59,416 nucleotides of DNA from a virus (IMGVR_UViG_3300025402_000010:1-59416), one strand, 5' to 3'. Numbered from the stretch's first letter, positions 10,459 to 20,236 are shown. The notes: generated from the letters alone by a model not told the origin. Made by a program: numbers and translations.

Positions 10459-12807
10459 TTATTCTCCATCTTCTTCTTCACCGATACCAAGCTCTTCAAG
10501 GCCAGAGTTGATATTGTTACCTTCTCTAATTGCTTTTTTAGCTCTCTCGTATTGCTCGGGGAAAAGATCTTTACCTGTAACTTGCTTATAAGTGCTTTTA
10601 ACAACATCCATTGTGGATGACTCTTTTTCTGGAGAAAGCTGCTTTTCTGAATCAGGTGTCATGTCATAGGGGATAGAGTCAAATGGTTTATCGTCAAGTG
10701 TTGGGGTGCTGCTGTTAAAATTCGTTTCGCCTGGTTTTTCAATTTTTTCCAAGCCGTGTGGTTTAAGTTCGTTACCGCCAATTGGTACAACAAGACTATC
10801 TTTGTGGTTGTAGTCAACTGTACCTGTCTGCTTTACACCCAACTGAAGGTCGTTAGCAAGCTCTCGAGACCATTGATCCATGCGTTGTCTAGTTGCTGAG
10901 TCACTAGACCGTACACTGTTTTTAATTTCGTCCTGGCTAAGTCCAATACCGTTTCTATAAACGACATCCATCTTTACTTTTTTAAGCGGATTAATCTTTC
11001 TACCGCCAGGGTAGCTACCTGTGATGTTTGTTGCTGGCAATGTTGATGTAACAACACCAGCATATCCAACCATTGGTGCGTTTGCTGGGGATAGTCTTGC
11101 TAAAGCAGTTTTTGGTACAGAAGTGTGAACCTGCCAGTAACCAACATCATTCAAAGGAGACTTTTCACCAGTAAAATGGGCAATCGATTGGTGAGCATTT
11201 TTAATGTGTGTGATTACATCTTTGTATATTTGTGGTCTTTTGTTAAAACGAGTATCTTCATTTGGGTTAGAAAATCCATCAATGGTTGGTACACCATTAA
11301 TTGTTTTTTCAATTTGAATCTGCTTGTCTGGACGGTCTTGCACTTTACGCCCAAGCTCACCGCTGCGCTCACCACGAATTGCTCCCATTGGACGATAATA
11401 AACAGCAACGTCAGCAGTGTGCTCACCAGCATTAAGAACAATTCCAGCTACTGCTTTGTCACGAGTAGACCGTCCTTGGAACATATTTTCAATTTTTTCA
11501 CGGTCTTCTTTTGTGTACATGCGTTGTTTAGCAATGTGATTAATGTTTCCTTTGTTCATACCACATTTTGCGCATGTATTTTGTGGTATTACACTAGGTG
11601 TTGGTTTAACATTAGGGCTTAATGAATCTGGACCAGGTTGTGGGTTTGTCCAATCTGTTACTTCTGATGTTTCGCCTGTTTGGTGGTTAAGTTCTTGTCG
11701 AGTGTAAGTATCTACAAATTGGTGAAAGCCTTCATCTGGTTTATCCAAAGAATAGTCTGGATCAACCGTGTTCCAGTTGAGGAAATGAACCATGTCATGC
11801 TTACGAATAGGATCATCTTCGTGGCCAGCGGCCATTACAAGAGCTTTGGCAGGTTCTTTATAACGGTCACGAACAGCTATTGGTCTAAGTAGATCTTGAA
11901 TAAATGGACTACTTTTAGAGCGGTTATGCGTATCTTTTTTCTTTACGCTATTAATACCAATTCGTTTACGAATTTGATCAACTTGTGGCTTAAATGCACA
12001 ATCTACGTGACATTTTTTACTTGTGCACCAAGTGTCGTGGAAATTAATAGCAGAATTAATTTGTCTAGCTCTACCAGCAATATCCATTATGCTTGTTTCA
12101 AGCGGTTGTCTCCCAGTTGCTGAATAAACGTAATGTTTTGTTGGTGAAGATATTCTATCGCCAGCTTTAAGCGCACGAAATTCATTAGTTTTTTCATCTT
12201 TAATGCGATAATTAGGATTATCAACTGGTGACCACTTTGTAAGAGTGTGTCCTTGATTCAAACATATTGTGCAAAATTTTTGTTTAGCAAGTTTTTGGGT
12301 CTCATAACCAACGCTTGGATTGCCACCGTTTTTTCTTCCACCGCAGCCACCACCAACTTTCACACCATCTTTATTGTATACAGGATCTGGGCAGCGATAA
12401 GCCTCTGAGTGACGAAGCATATAATCTACAGAAGCATAGGTAGCATTAATTTTCTTTTTGTTTTCTTCATGCTCACGCATATATGCTTGATGGGGGAAAG
12501 AACCAGCGAGACTATCCTTGCCAGGAGAATCACCTCTAGCCCAGCTTGCTTTGACCGCTTGTGCTCTTTGGTGCCAAAAAGCGGCATTCTCTTCCGGAGA
12601 AGCAATATTTTCATTGGGTCTTAATTCTTGGTCTGGTTTTTTAACGTAATAAGTTATTGATTCACCTGATTTTTCATGGTCATCAGAATTATCATTTTCA
12701 AAGTAGTCCTGAACTGCCGGGTCAATATGGACGTTATAATCTTCAAGGCCCCCAAGGCCTCCAAAGTCAATAGCATATTTAGAATTAAATTGTTTCTTAT
12801 CAGTCAT
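10459..12807 (-). CDS. Large Cys/His-containing hypothetical protein (putative internal virion protein)
   Basis: 782 aa; CTIC and CAKC motifs; N-terminus QFNSKYA. Confidence 0.65.
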   Translation of the reverse strand: MTDKKQFNSKYAIDFGGLGGLEDYNVHIDPAVQDYFENDNSDDHEKSGESITYYVKKPDQELRPNENIASPEENAAFWHQRAQAVKASWARGDSPGKDSLAGSFPHQAYMREHEENKKKINATYASVDYMLRHSEAYRCPDPVYNKDGVKVGGGCGGRKNGGNPSVGYETQKLAKQKFCTICLNQGHTLTKWSPVDNPNYRIKDEKTNEFRALKAGDRISSPTKHYVYSATGRQPLETSIMDIAGRARQINSAINFHDTWCTSKKCHVDCAFKPQVDQIRKRIGINSVKKKDTHNRSKSSPFIQDLLRPIAVRDRYKEPAKALVMAAGHEDDPIRKHDMVHFLNWNTVDPDYSLDKPDEGFHQFVDTYTRQELNHQTGETSEVTDWTNPQPGPDSLSPNVKPTPSVIPQNTCAKCGMNKGNINHIAKQRMYTKEDREKIENMFQGRSTRDKAVAGIVLNAGEHTADVAVYYRPMGAIRGERSGELGRKVQDRPDKQIQIEKTINGVPTIDGFSNPNEDTRFNKRPQIYKDVITHIKNAHQSIAHFTGEKSPLNDVGYWQVHTSVPKTALARLSPANAPMVGYAGVVTSTLPATNITGSYPGGRKINPLKKVKMDVVYRNGIGLSQDEIKNSVRSSDSATRQRMDQWSRELANDLQLGVKQTGTVDYNHKDSLVVPIGGNELKPHGLEKIEKPGETNFNSSTPTLDDKPFDSIPYDMTPDSEKQLSPEKESSTMDVVKSTYKQVTGKDLFPEQYERAKKAIREGNNINSGLEELGIGEEEDGE

Positions 12808-12816
12808 ATTTTTTTC

Positions 12817-15414
12817 CTAAACTTCTTGCATTCTAGGCAGCTGTCGGCTGGGGAATCTGTCAATTTCTTTTCTAATCTCTTCGTCATTATCAACGTGCTT
12901 ACCAATTGTCTTCAACAATTCATCGCGAGCAGATTCAAAAGGCTCCCAGTGACTACTGTCATCACTATTGGTTTTTTCTCTGTCTTCTTGGATTCCAGAT
13001 GCTTCTGTGTATAATTTATTCAATGATTCATTAATTTTATCACGGGCATCGCCTTGCAAACCAGTTCTGTCAAGTACCTTTTCAACCCGTTGAATTCTGC
13101 TTTGAACCTTTGGGTGGAAGTTGTTAAGGTCAACTCTTGAATTGTCGGTAAGATTTTCTTTTCTTTCGGCAGACAATGGTGTATTAATTGGAAGAGCTTT
13201 AAACCCTTTAGTGTCAAGAAAATCTTTAACCAATTTCAATTCTCTACTAGAGCCATTGTATGAATAGTTAGGGCTTTTTCTAATAACAGCTGCTTGTTTA
13301 TTTAATGATTCAAGATCTTTTTTAGAAATGCTCACGCCGTTTCTAACAAAACCAAGAACACTTGAATCACCGATAAGTTCACCACTAGGCCATCCCCATT
13401 TTTCACCCATTTTTGAACGTGCCCATTCAGGTAATTTACTTACATTTTTAGGTGGTTTAGCATTGATTGCACCAACAGGCACTACTTTATGCGGATTAGA
13501 ATCTGGATCATCTTTGTAAGCGTTGTGCATAGCAAGTTGGTACATAGATGCTGGAATTGTTATGTGAGTTGGGTGAATCCATTGAGAACCAGCGGGAGCA
13601 ACCATGTGATCTTTCTGGTCATACCAGCCATACGTACAAGGGCATGGTTTGTTATCTACCGTGCGATAGTCGTTCTGGTCTTTACCAGTTTTCTTAGCCC
13701 ATTCTGAGCAGCGTGGGCAAGTGGGATCAGCTGGTTTGTAACCATCTGGTTCGTTTCCATGATTATTTAAACCAGTAACTCTGTAAATAGACAATGTCAT
13801 TGGGTTACCATCAAATTCTTTTACTTTGATATCAAAGCCAGGTTCTCTTGACGATTTACCAACAGTTTTTGTTTTAGTAATAAAACCTGGGTCATCAAGG
13901 CATTTTGGGCAACGGTTGTCTGGCGTAATACGAATTGTTGGGTCAATAACATCACCATGGTTTTTGCATACCATACCAACATTTTTAAAATTGTATCCGT
14001 GTACCTGATTAAGGTTTTTACCCGTGCTTTCGCCAGTTTCATCGTCATAGCATGCTTTACATGGCCCAATTGCTCTTGAACCGGTTGAATCTGTATGGAT
14101 TTTTTGTTTTGTACCCTTACAAGAAGTGCAACGACCAGCATCATCTTTATCAATATACAATAAAGAACCACCCATACCAATAGTGTATGGTTTTAAAACA
14201 ATTTTACCAGTATCTGTTTTAAAAGCCTTGTAATTAATTTTACCCTCTGAACAATCATTGCATGGGATATTATTTTCTCTTTGCAATGCATTGAGTTTGC
14301 CTTTATAACAATCAGGGCATACTGTTTTTTTAGTTACTTCTTTTGGTTCTTCTTTTTCTTCATATTTTTCACCTGATTTAGGATCAATTTTATAACGGGA
14401 AAGTCTAATTGGTTTTACACCAATGTGAAAAACGGGAACTCTGCCGCCAAGGTCTTGAATCTTATATTTTGTGTTGCCATCTTCATCAACAATTGGTACA
14501 GCTGCAACTCGCAAAGAAGAATCCTCTGCTCTGTAAACTGAATTGTCAAGTACGGATCTAAATTCGTGGTGTCCTTCAAGGTGCTCACCAGTTGCATTGT
14601 AGTGATCAATAGCAGATTGTTTTTCTACGTGCTTATCAGCAGGCAAGTGGCATGCTGCGCAAAGATCTTCACCTGGTTTCATTGGTGGGTGAGCTACATC
14701 ATCAGTAAAAATCTTTTGGATAGCAACATCGCCACCATAGTTAGCAATAAGGTTTAAAGGGTGTGTAGGGTCAAACTCAGGTGCATTTAATTTTGGCATG
14801 TTATTTACACGCTTGCGCATATCATTACGCATATTTGCATGGTCAAGTATCTGATGGAATTTACGAAGAGGACCTAGATCGTCATCTTTTGTAATACCTG
14901 CATCACTATTGAATGATTTAATGAATGGACCATTAAATTTATCACTCGCTCTAGGAGTTTCTTTTAATCTGTAACCAATCATACCTTTAGGAGCAAGCTT
15001 AGACAATTCACTATTGGCACCATATTGGCTTGGAGAAATGCCTGGAGTTTTGCTGCCATCTTCGTTTGCATTAGCAATTTCTTCGTAACCATTTTTAGGG
15101 TTCATTACATGCAAACGAATAGAACGCACCATCTCTTGTGCATTACCAAGACTGTGTCCTTGAGCAGTAAATACATCCGGGTGAATAACAGCCCATTTAC
15201 TTGGCCGGTGACCAGCTTCTGTATTAAGGTGACTCATAGGATCACCCATGTGAACTGCAAAGGGTTTGATTAAATCGTCTTCTTTTTCGTTGTGTTCGTC
15301 GCGTTGTTTATCATAACGATCGTTGTTGGCATCATTTGCCTCGATCATTTCACGGGCCCCTATATTGACCCATCTTTCAGCAGCAGTTTTTTTAAAAAAA
15401 GAAAATTTGTACAT
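12817..15414 (-). CDS. Large multi-zinc-finger protein (DnaJ-type CxxCxGxG-like repeats)
   Basis: 865 aa; CPDCYKG, CNDCSEG, CTSCKGT, CKAC, CPKC, CPRC; N-terminus FKKTAA. Confidence 0.65.
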   Translation of the reverse strand: MYKFSFFKKTAAERWVNIGAREMIEANDANNDRYDKQRDEHNEKEDDLIKPFAVHMGDPMSHLNTEAGHRPSKWAVIHPDVFTAQGHSLGNAQEMVRSIRLHVMNPKNGYEEIANANEDGSKTPGISPSQYGANSELSKLAPKGMIGYRLKETPRASDKFNGPFIKSFNSDAGITKDDDLGPLRKFHQILDHANMRNDMRKRVNNMPKLNAPEFDPTHPLNLIANYGGDVAIQKIFTDDVAHPPMKPGEDLCAACHLPADKHVEKQSAIDHYNATGEHLEGHHEFRSVLDNSVYRAEDSSLRVAAVPIVDEDGNTKYKIQDLGGRVPVFHIGVKPIRLSRYKIDPKSGEKYEEKEEPKEVTKKTVCPDCYKGKLNALQRENNIPCNDCSEGKINYKAFKTDTGKIVLKPYTIGMGGSLLYIDKDDAGRCTSCKGTKQKIHTDSTGSRAIGPCKACYDDETGESTGKNLNQVHGYNFKNVGMVCKNHGDVIDPTIRITPDNRCPKCLDDPGFITKTKTVGKSSREPGFDIKVKEFDGNPMTLSIYRVTGLNNHGNEPDGYKPADPTCPRCSEWAKKTGKDQNDYRTVDNKPCPCTYGWYDQKDHMVAPAGSQWIHPTHITIPASMYQLAMHNAYKDDPDSNPHKVVPVGAINAKPPKNVSKLPEWARSKMGEKWGWPSGELIGDSSVLGFVRNGVSISKKDLESLNKQAAVIRKSPNYSYNGSSRELKLVKDFLDTKGFKALPINTPLSAERKENLTDNSRVDLNNFHPKVQSRIQRVEKVLDRTGLQGDARDKINESLNKLYTEASGIQEDREKTNSDDSSHWEPFESARDELLKTIGKHVDNDEEIRKEIDRFPSRQLPRMQEV

Positions 15415-15425
15415 TGTTTACCTTA

Positions 15426-16061
15426 TTACAACAAGTCTTCAGCAGAAGATTGTCCGTACTCTGTTCCAACATCAAACATATCAACATCATTTTCATCTTC
15501 AATCGGGTGTTCAAGATCTGGTTTATACGTAATTGGTGTAGTATCAAGCCCCATATTACGTTTTCTTCTAGAAGCGACTTGTTTATTCCAATTAGTTTTA
15601 ATTTGTTCAAACCGTTTTCTTTTTGCTTCTTTAACCTCGTATGAAGCTTCAGGAGATTCGTTTGGGTTTACATATGGTCTAATATTTAATGAATCATTCA
15701 ATGCTTTCATTTGGTGATAAGCAACAAAAGAAGCATGGTTGATGCATGATGGAGTAGGGCTGGAGCCTTCATAGCAAACTACAGCTGTAGCGTCTGGGTT
15801 GTTAACTTTTTTGTTGTAATCACCCAAACTTTCAAGGTGTTCAATATCCGGATCAAGATCTCCACCGTTTTCACCCAGTGCATCAATATCAGCGCCTACT
15901 CTTCTGTCGTAAACGTCGCATTCACCAACTTGGTCTTTAGGCATACCAAACAATTTTTGAAAAGTTGGTTCATCAAATGATTGTTTAGCTGTATCCCAAA
16001 TACAGCGACCAACGTGAAGTGGCCGACCTGGTTTAATTTTTGTTGGTACTTGCCCTCTCAT
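15426..16061 (-). CDS. Hypothetical protein
   Basis: 211-aa ORF in operon. Confidence 0.6.
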   Translation of the reverse strand: MRGQVPTKIKPGRPLHVGRCIWDTAKQSFDEPTFQKLFGMPKDQVGECDVYDRRVGADIDALGENGGDLDPDIEHLESLGDYNKKVNNPDATAVVCYEGSSPTPSCINHASFVAYHQMKALNDSLNIRPYVNPNESPEASYEVKEAKRKRFEQIKTNWNKQVASRRKRNMGLDTTPITYKPDLEHPIEDENDVDMFDVGTEYGQSSAEDLL

Positions 16062-16063
16062 TG

Positions 16064-18178
16064 CTATTCACCTTCTCTGCACTTATATTGTTCAAGAAGG
16101 AATTTATTCAAAGCATCTGCATGCTCATCAGGATCTTTTATCTGATTAATTTTTTTTGTTCCTTCTTTAAATTCTTTACTATCATTGATAGCTGCAATTT
16201 TTTCTGGATATTCATCTTTATCAATGAGACCAGTCCCCTTGCAGATTGAACACCATTTACCGTGCCCCTGTACCGTATAGGTTGGAGTCTGATCTTTATA
16301 ATCATGGTCCGGCATAGGAGATTTTTCTTTTTCCTCATAGTCTGTATCTGGTTCTTCAGTGTCAACTAGCTCAGGGACATTACTCTCTGGTGTATATGTG
16401 TCAAATTCATCTGGGTTAGGTTCTCTTGCTGTAACAGTTGGTTTTGATCCACCATTAATATCACTAAAATCTTCATCATCATCTTCAACGTTTCTGTTTG
16501 CTTCATCTGGATCAACTTTAACTTTTTTAGCAAAACCTGAGAAATTTGTTTCTGATGCTTTGTGATACCAAGCATTTTCTGCGCCCGACGTTCCACAAAT
16601 TTTACAAGCTTCAGAACCTTCTTGTGGAACGTAAGCATGCGCTTTGTGATAATTAGCGTTGCCATTGCTAGGAACTTCACAGCCTCTGCAGTGCCCTGGG
16701 TGACCTTTGAGCTCAAGCTTTGCGCCAGATTCGTCGTATGGTTCACACTCATGTTCTTTAGTTTCACCATTATTGTATGTAGTCTTGTAAATACCTTTAC
16801 AAGTTACACAGTGATCAGGTCTGTCTTCAATTTCTCCAAAATTTTTGCAAAGATTGCAAACAGTGTCAGGACTACCCCAATAACCACGAAGTTTACCTTC
16901 GCAATTTTGATTTCTTGGATCGTGTCCAAAACAATGTTGGTCTTTATCATATTTGTCACTGCCACAATTGCCATTTTTTTCTTTCATGCAATTTTTGCAA
17001 TGTGGTTCAACCCAATAAGGGTTATCAGGGCGATTATATTGTGATTTGCCTTCACATTCTGGGCATATTCTGTAGTCAGCATCACTTTTTTTAGAATAAT
17101 CTTCAACAGTACCTTGTGTGTCTGCAGTGGAAGATTCACCACCCTGTTCAAGCAAAAAGTGAGCCTCAGGCATCTCTAATTCATCAAGGTGTCTAAAGTT
17201 ATCGTCAGAATCGTAGTCATCCGATGCTGGAGTTTCTACCAATCTGCCTTCATTAAAATAACCGGGGATAATAGAATCAGCAGTTCTTCTAAAACTAGCT
17301 GTTTTACCTGGTTCTTCAACACTGACAGGGTATAACTTTTTATTACTCTTCCAATTGTCAAGAATGTTACGGAAGTGATCGTGAAAAGACAGGCCTTCAT
17401 TAGTATTAGACAATGCTGTATACATGTCTTCTCTAAGCTGAGGGTCAGAAACGTTTTCATTAATCATTGATTGAAGTTTTTGACTAGGCAATGGAAGTTC
17501 TCTTGGGTTAGAACTTATAAGAGCGTTGGGATCACTAACATCAATTTTTTCAGGGTCTTTAATTAAGTGAATACCAAAACCTATATTGTTATCACCTTTA
17601 CAATCTATTTTTTTGCAATATCTACATGCGCCACCGTGATTACCAAAACCACGAAGACCACCAACACATGTTTCCATTGCTCTATTGATTCTAGGGCTAT
17701 CAATATTTTTGGGGTTTGCTAGAACATTTTCATCGTAATTACGGCACTCTGAATCATCAGGGCAACGTGCGTGATCAAATTTACCTTGGCAGTACATGTG
17801 ACCAGGATATGCATTGCCTTCTGGATCTCTTCTACCATTAGTGAGTCTATTGTCTGGAATATACTTATCGCATTTTGAACAGACCCAACCTTTTTCTTGA
17901 TTAAAATAGGCTGGTGAACGGTCATCTACACCATTAAACTTATGATAGGTATACCCTGGGGTGGGGCTCCTATAAGTTTTATGAGCGTCATCCATCTTGG
18001 GCATAGACCCTTTTTCGTAGCTCATGTACCAAAAAGGATTGTCATCTGTAGTTTCGGGACCATCACCATGCTCTTGCATAAATTTTGCAAGTTCTTCAGG
18101 CGATAATTTTGGGTAATTAGGACCAAATAATGGTGCAGCCGATTGCTTGTTAAATGATGAATTAAATGTTTTAGACAT
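16064..18178 (-). CDS. Large multi-zinc-finger acidic protein
   Basis: 704 aa; many CxxC (CSKC, CRYC, CPECEG, CKNC, CNLC, CVTCKG, CRGC, CKICG, CSICKGTG); internal KTASFRRTAD. Confidence 0.65.
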   Translation of the reverse strand: MSKTFNSSFNKQSAAPLFGPNYPKLSPEELAKFMQEHGDGPETTDDNPFWYMSYEKGSMPKMDDAHKTYRSPTPGYTYHKFNGVDDRSPAYFNQEKGWVCSKCDKYIPDNRLTNGRRDPEGNAYPGHMYCQGKFDHARCPDDSECRNYDENVLANPKNIDSPRINRAMETCVGGLRGFGNHGGACRYCKKIDCKGDNNIGFGIHLIKDPEKIDVSDPNALISSNPRELPLPSQKLQSMINENVSDPQLREDMYTALSNTNEGLSFHDHFRNILDNWKSNKKLYPVSVEEPGKTASFRRTADSIIPGYFNEGRLVETPASDDYDSDDNFRHLDELEMPEAHFLLEQGGESSTADTQGTVEDYSKKSDADYRICPECEGKSQYNRPDNPYWVEPHCKNCMKEKNGNCGSDKYDKDQHCFGHDPRNQNCEGKLRGYWGSPDTVCNLCKNFGEIEDRPDHCVTCKGIYKTTYNNGETKEHECEPYDESGAKLELKGHPGHCRGCEVPSNGNANYHKAHAYVPQEGSEACKICGTSGAENAWYHKASETNFSGFAKKVKVDPDEANRNVEDDDEDFSDINGGSKPTVTAREPNPDEFDTYTPESNVPELVDTEEPDTDYEEKEKSPMPDHDYKDQTPTYTVQGHGKWCSICKGTGLIDKDEYPEKIAAINDSKEFKEGTKKINQIKDPDEHADALNKFLLEQYKCREGE

Positions 18179-18210
18179 TATTAACCTATCTAATATTTTA
18201 TAGGTTAAAC

Positions 18211-19035
18211 TTATTGTTTACAAGTATTGCAATTAATTTTGTTTGGGTTTGCTTTGCAATTATCGCAAAAAATTTCATGATTATCTGCAGCGTGTTTAGA
18301 ACCAAGAAGAGCAAGGCCAGCAAGGCCAGCTGCACCAGCACCGAGAGCTGAAGCACAACCGTGGCAAAAGCCTCCAATCAAATTACCAGGAAGGTCGGTG
18401 CCCGCAGGTGCACCAATAACTCTACGTGAAGCATGAACCGTTTCAGGGTGATCTGGGTGGTGCTCTGCGTCTGTGTGCTGGTCTGAGTTATAATCTCTAC
18501 TTTGTGCATCAAGGTCTTTGTGAAGCTGATCATCTTTTTTAATGTAGTGGCTCTTGTTAAGAGCTTCACCAATATAACCACCGACAGCAGCACCACCGGC
18601 AAAACCAGCTGCGCTACCAGCACCAGGTGCAATTAGAGTACCAAGACCCGCACCCATCAAACCGCCTGCAAGTTCACCAGCGCCAATTGCTGCGTGATCT
18701 TTAAGCATTGCTTTACCCGTACCAGGAGCAAGACCAAAAGCAGCTACTTTACACATTTCGCAAGAAGCGTGGCGCAACTGCCACTCATCATAGATAGCGC
18801 GAACCAACTTAGCCTTAGAGTCACTAACGTTAGCAAGCTTGTGGTAAGCAACCTTCTCGATGTCTTCTTCAACCATGCGCATGCGTTGTGCAAGCTCACG
18901 GTCACTGTGGGCGAGAAAAAAGAAATCACCGGTTCTAGTAAGCAAATCGTGCTTAGCAGCTACCAGGCTCTTACCAGCAAACTTGGCATCAAATGCCATG
19001 TTTACTGAATCGTCAAAATCGAACATCGAGGTCAT
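18211..19035 (-). CDS. Glycine-zipper-containing protein
   Basis: AAGGAG RBS; GELAGGLMGAGLGTLIAPGAGSAAGFAGGAAVGGYIG; CxxC motifs. Confidence 0.65.
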   Translation of the reverse strand: MTSMFDFDDSVNMAFDAKFAGKSLVAAKHDLLTRTGDFFFLAHSDRELAQRMRMVEEDIEKVAYHKLANVSDSKAKLVRAIYDEWQLRHASCEMCKVAAFGLAPGTGKAMLKDHAAIGAGELAGGLMGAGLGTLIAPGAGSAAGFAGGAAVGGYIGEALNKSHYIKKDDQLHKDLDAQSRDYNSDQHTDAEHHPDHPETVHASRRVIGAPAGTDLPGNLIGGFCHGCASALGAGAAGLAGLALLGSKHAADNHEIFCDNCKANPNKINCNTCKQ

Positions 19036-19124
19036 CGTGTTACTCCTTGGCTATGCCCTTAAAGGGCGCTGGACAATAGGCAATATATACCTAATACCTG
19101 TTATAAGATAGAGCTTGTTTTAAA

Positions 19125-19208
19125 TGGTCGATGGGGAGAGATTCGAACTCCCGTACCCGAAGGATCTGGTTTACAGCCAGACGCGATTGGCCACTCCGCC
19201 ACCCATCG
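19125..19208 (-). tRNA. tRNA-Tyr(GTA), long variable arm, encoded CCA
   Basis: Cloverleaf: CGATGGG/CCCATCG acceptor, TCTGG-CTGTAAA-CCAGA anticodon arm, GGGAG-TTCGAAT-CTCTC T arm, A73-CCA. Confidence 0.92.
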
Positions 19209-19213
19209 ATTCG

Positions 19214-19246
19214 CTGAGGGAGAAGGACTCGAACCTTCAACAAAGG
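19214..19246 (-). pseudogene. 3' half of a disrupted tRNA (T arm and acceptor 3' strand)
   Basis: CCTTTGTT-GAAGG-TTCGAGT-CCTTC-TCCCTCA-G; the acceptor strand is complementary to the 5' half at 20047-20071. Confidence 0.8.
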
Positions 19247-19317
19247 CTCTGGGGCCTCGGGTCGAACGAGGGCTAGAAGTTCCAAAGACTCCGGTGCTAC
19301 CTTTACACTACCCCAGA
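19247..19317 (-). tRNA. tRNA-Gln(TTG)
   Basis: TCTGGGG/CCCCAGA acceptor, GGAGT-CTTTGGA-ACTTC anticodon arm, CCTCG-TTCGACC-CGAGG T arm, G73; overlaps the last codons of the HNH ORF. Confidence 0.88.
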
Positions 19318-19980
19318 ATGTTTTAAGCGTTTACGCACAGCATTATCTGAAACGCCTAATTTTAATCCAACTTGAGTATAGCTGCTTTCTTCAACCATAG
19401 CAAGCAATGTATAATTATCTGGCCAATTAATTTTATTTTTACGAGGATAGCAGCTTCTACAAGTACCTGTTTTGCTGTTTTGCTGTATGTAATTTTTACA
19501 TTTTTCACATTGGCGTCTTGGTTTTTTGGTGCCATAAGTTTCTGTTTGTGAATGACAATTAGGGCAAAGAAAACGAAGGTTTTTTAAACTATTATCAATA
19601 CGATCACCATTGATGTGATCGATTTGGAGTGTTAATTCTTTCTCATTCCAATTGTTATTGATTCCACAAATTGCGCATTTATATTCGATGCCCATCTCTA
19701 GAAGAGCTCTAAGAAGATGAACACGTTGTGTACGCGATGACCCATAGGGTTTTTTTACTAATATTTCTTCTGGTTTTAATTTATCACGATGAATACCATA
19801 AATATTATTATTAGGCAAAAAATGCTTAGTTGATATACCAGCATCTTTAATCCGCTTTGAGTAGTGCCCATGGGTACCACCATTTGGTGATAACCCTAAA
19901 GACCTTAACGCATGCGATATTGATGGAGAATTAGTTACTGCTTCTCTAAGCTGTTCATCTGTTATTTTTTTTCTGCTCAT
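19303..19980 (-). CDS. HNH homing endonuclease
   Basis: CAICG...LQIDHINGDRIDNSLKNLRFLCPNCHSQT; N- and C-terminal HTH-like segments; AT-richer than neighbours. Confidence 0.9.
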   Translation of the reverse strand: MSRKKITDEQLREAVTNSPSISHALRSLGLSPNGGTHGHYSKRIKDAGISTKHFLPNNNIYGIHRDKLKPEEILVKKPYGSSRTQRVHLLRALLEMGIEYKCAICGINNNWNEKELTLQIDHINGDRIDNSLKNLRFLCPNCHSQTETYGTKKPRRQCEKCKNYIQQNSKTGTCRSCYPRKNKINWPDNYTLLAMVEESSYTQVGLKLGVSDNAVRKRLKHSGVV

Positions 19981-20046
19981 ATTTACTTCTATACTCTAAC
20001 GGCAATATTAAATCATTAATTTATATTTACGTTCGAGTCAGTGAGA

Positions 20047-20071
20047 CGTGTTGCCTTTACACCATCCCTCA
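20047..20071 (-). pseudogene. 5' half of a disrupted tRNA (acceptor 5' strand and D arm)
   Basis: TGAGGGA-TG-GTGT-AAAGGCA-ACAC; pairs with TCCCTCA at 19215-19221. Confidence 0.8.
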
Positions 20072-20072
20072 A

Positions 20073-20149
20073 TGGCGATCTTGATGGGACTTGAACCCAC
20101 GACCCCCTCCGTGACAGGGAGGTGCTCTAACCAACTGAGCTACAAGACC
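20073..20149 (-). tRNA. tRNA-Asp(GTC), encoded CCA
   Basis: GGTCTTGTAGCTCAGTTGGTTAGAGCACCTCCCTGTCACGGAGG...GTTCAAGTCCCATCAAGATCGCCA. Confidence 0.95.
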
Positions 20150-20154
20150 TTAAG

Positions 20155-20226
20155 CTCCCCGGGATGGGATCGAACCACCGACCAAGTCATTAACAGTGAC
20201 CCGCTCTGCCGCTGAGCTACCGAGGA
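20155..20226 (-). tRNA. tRNA-Asn(GTT)
   Basis: TCCTCGGTAGCTCAGCGGCAGAGCGGGTCACTGTTAATGACTTGGTCGGTGGTTCGATCCCATCCCGGGGAG; no encoded CCA. Confidence 0.92.
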
Positions 20227-20236
20227 ATTAAAGCAA

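Noticed and set aside
19247-20046. Group I intron inside the split tRNA
   Set aside because: The insert is almost fully occupied by the HNH ORF, a short AT-rich leader and a complete tRNA, leaving no room for a ribozyme core.
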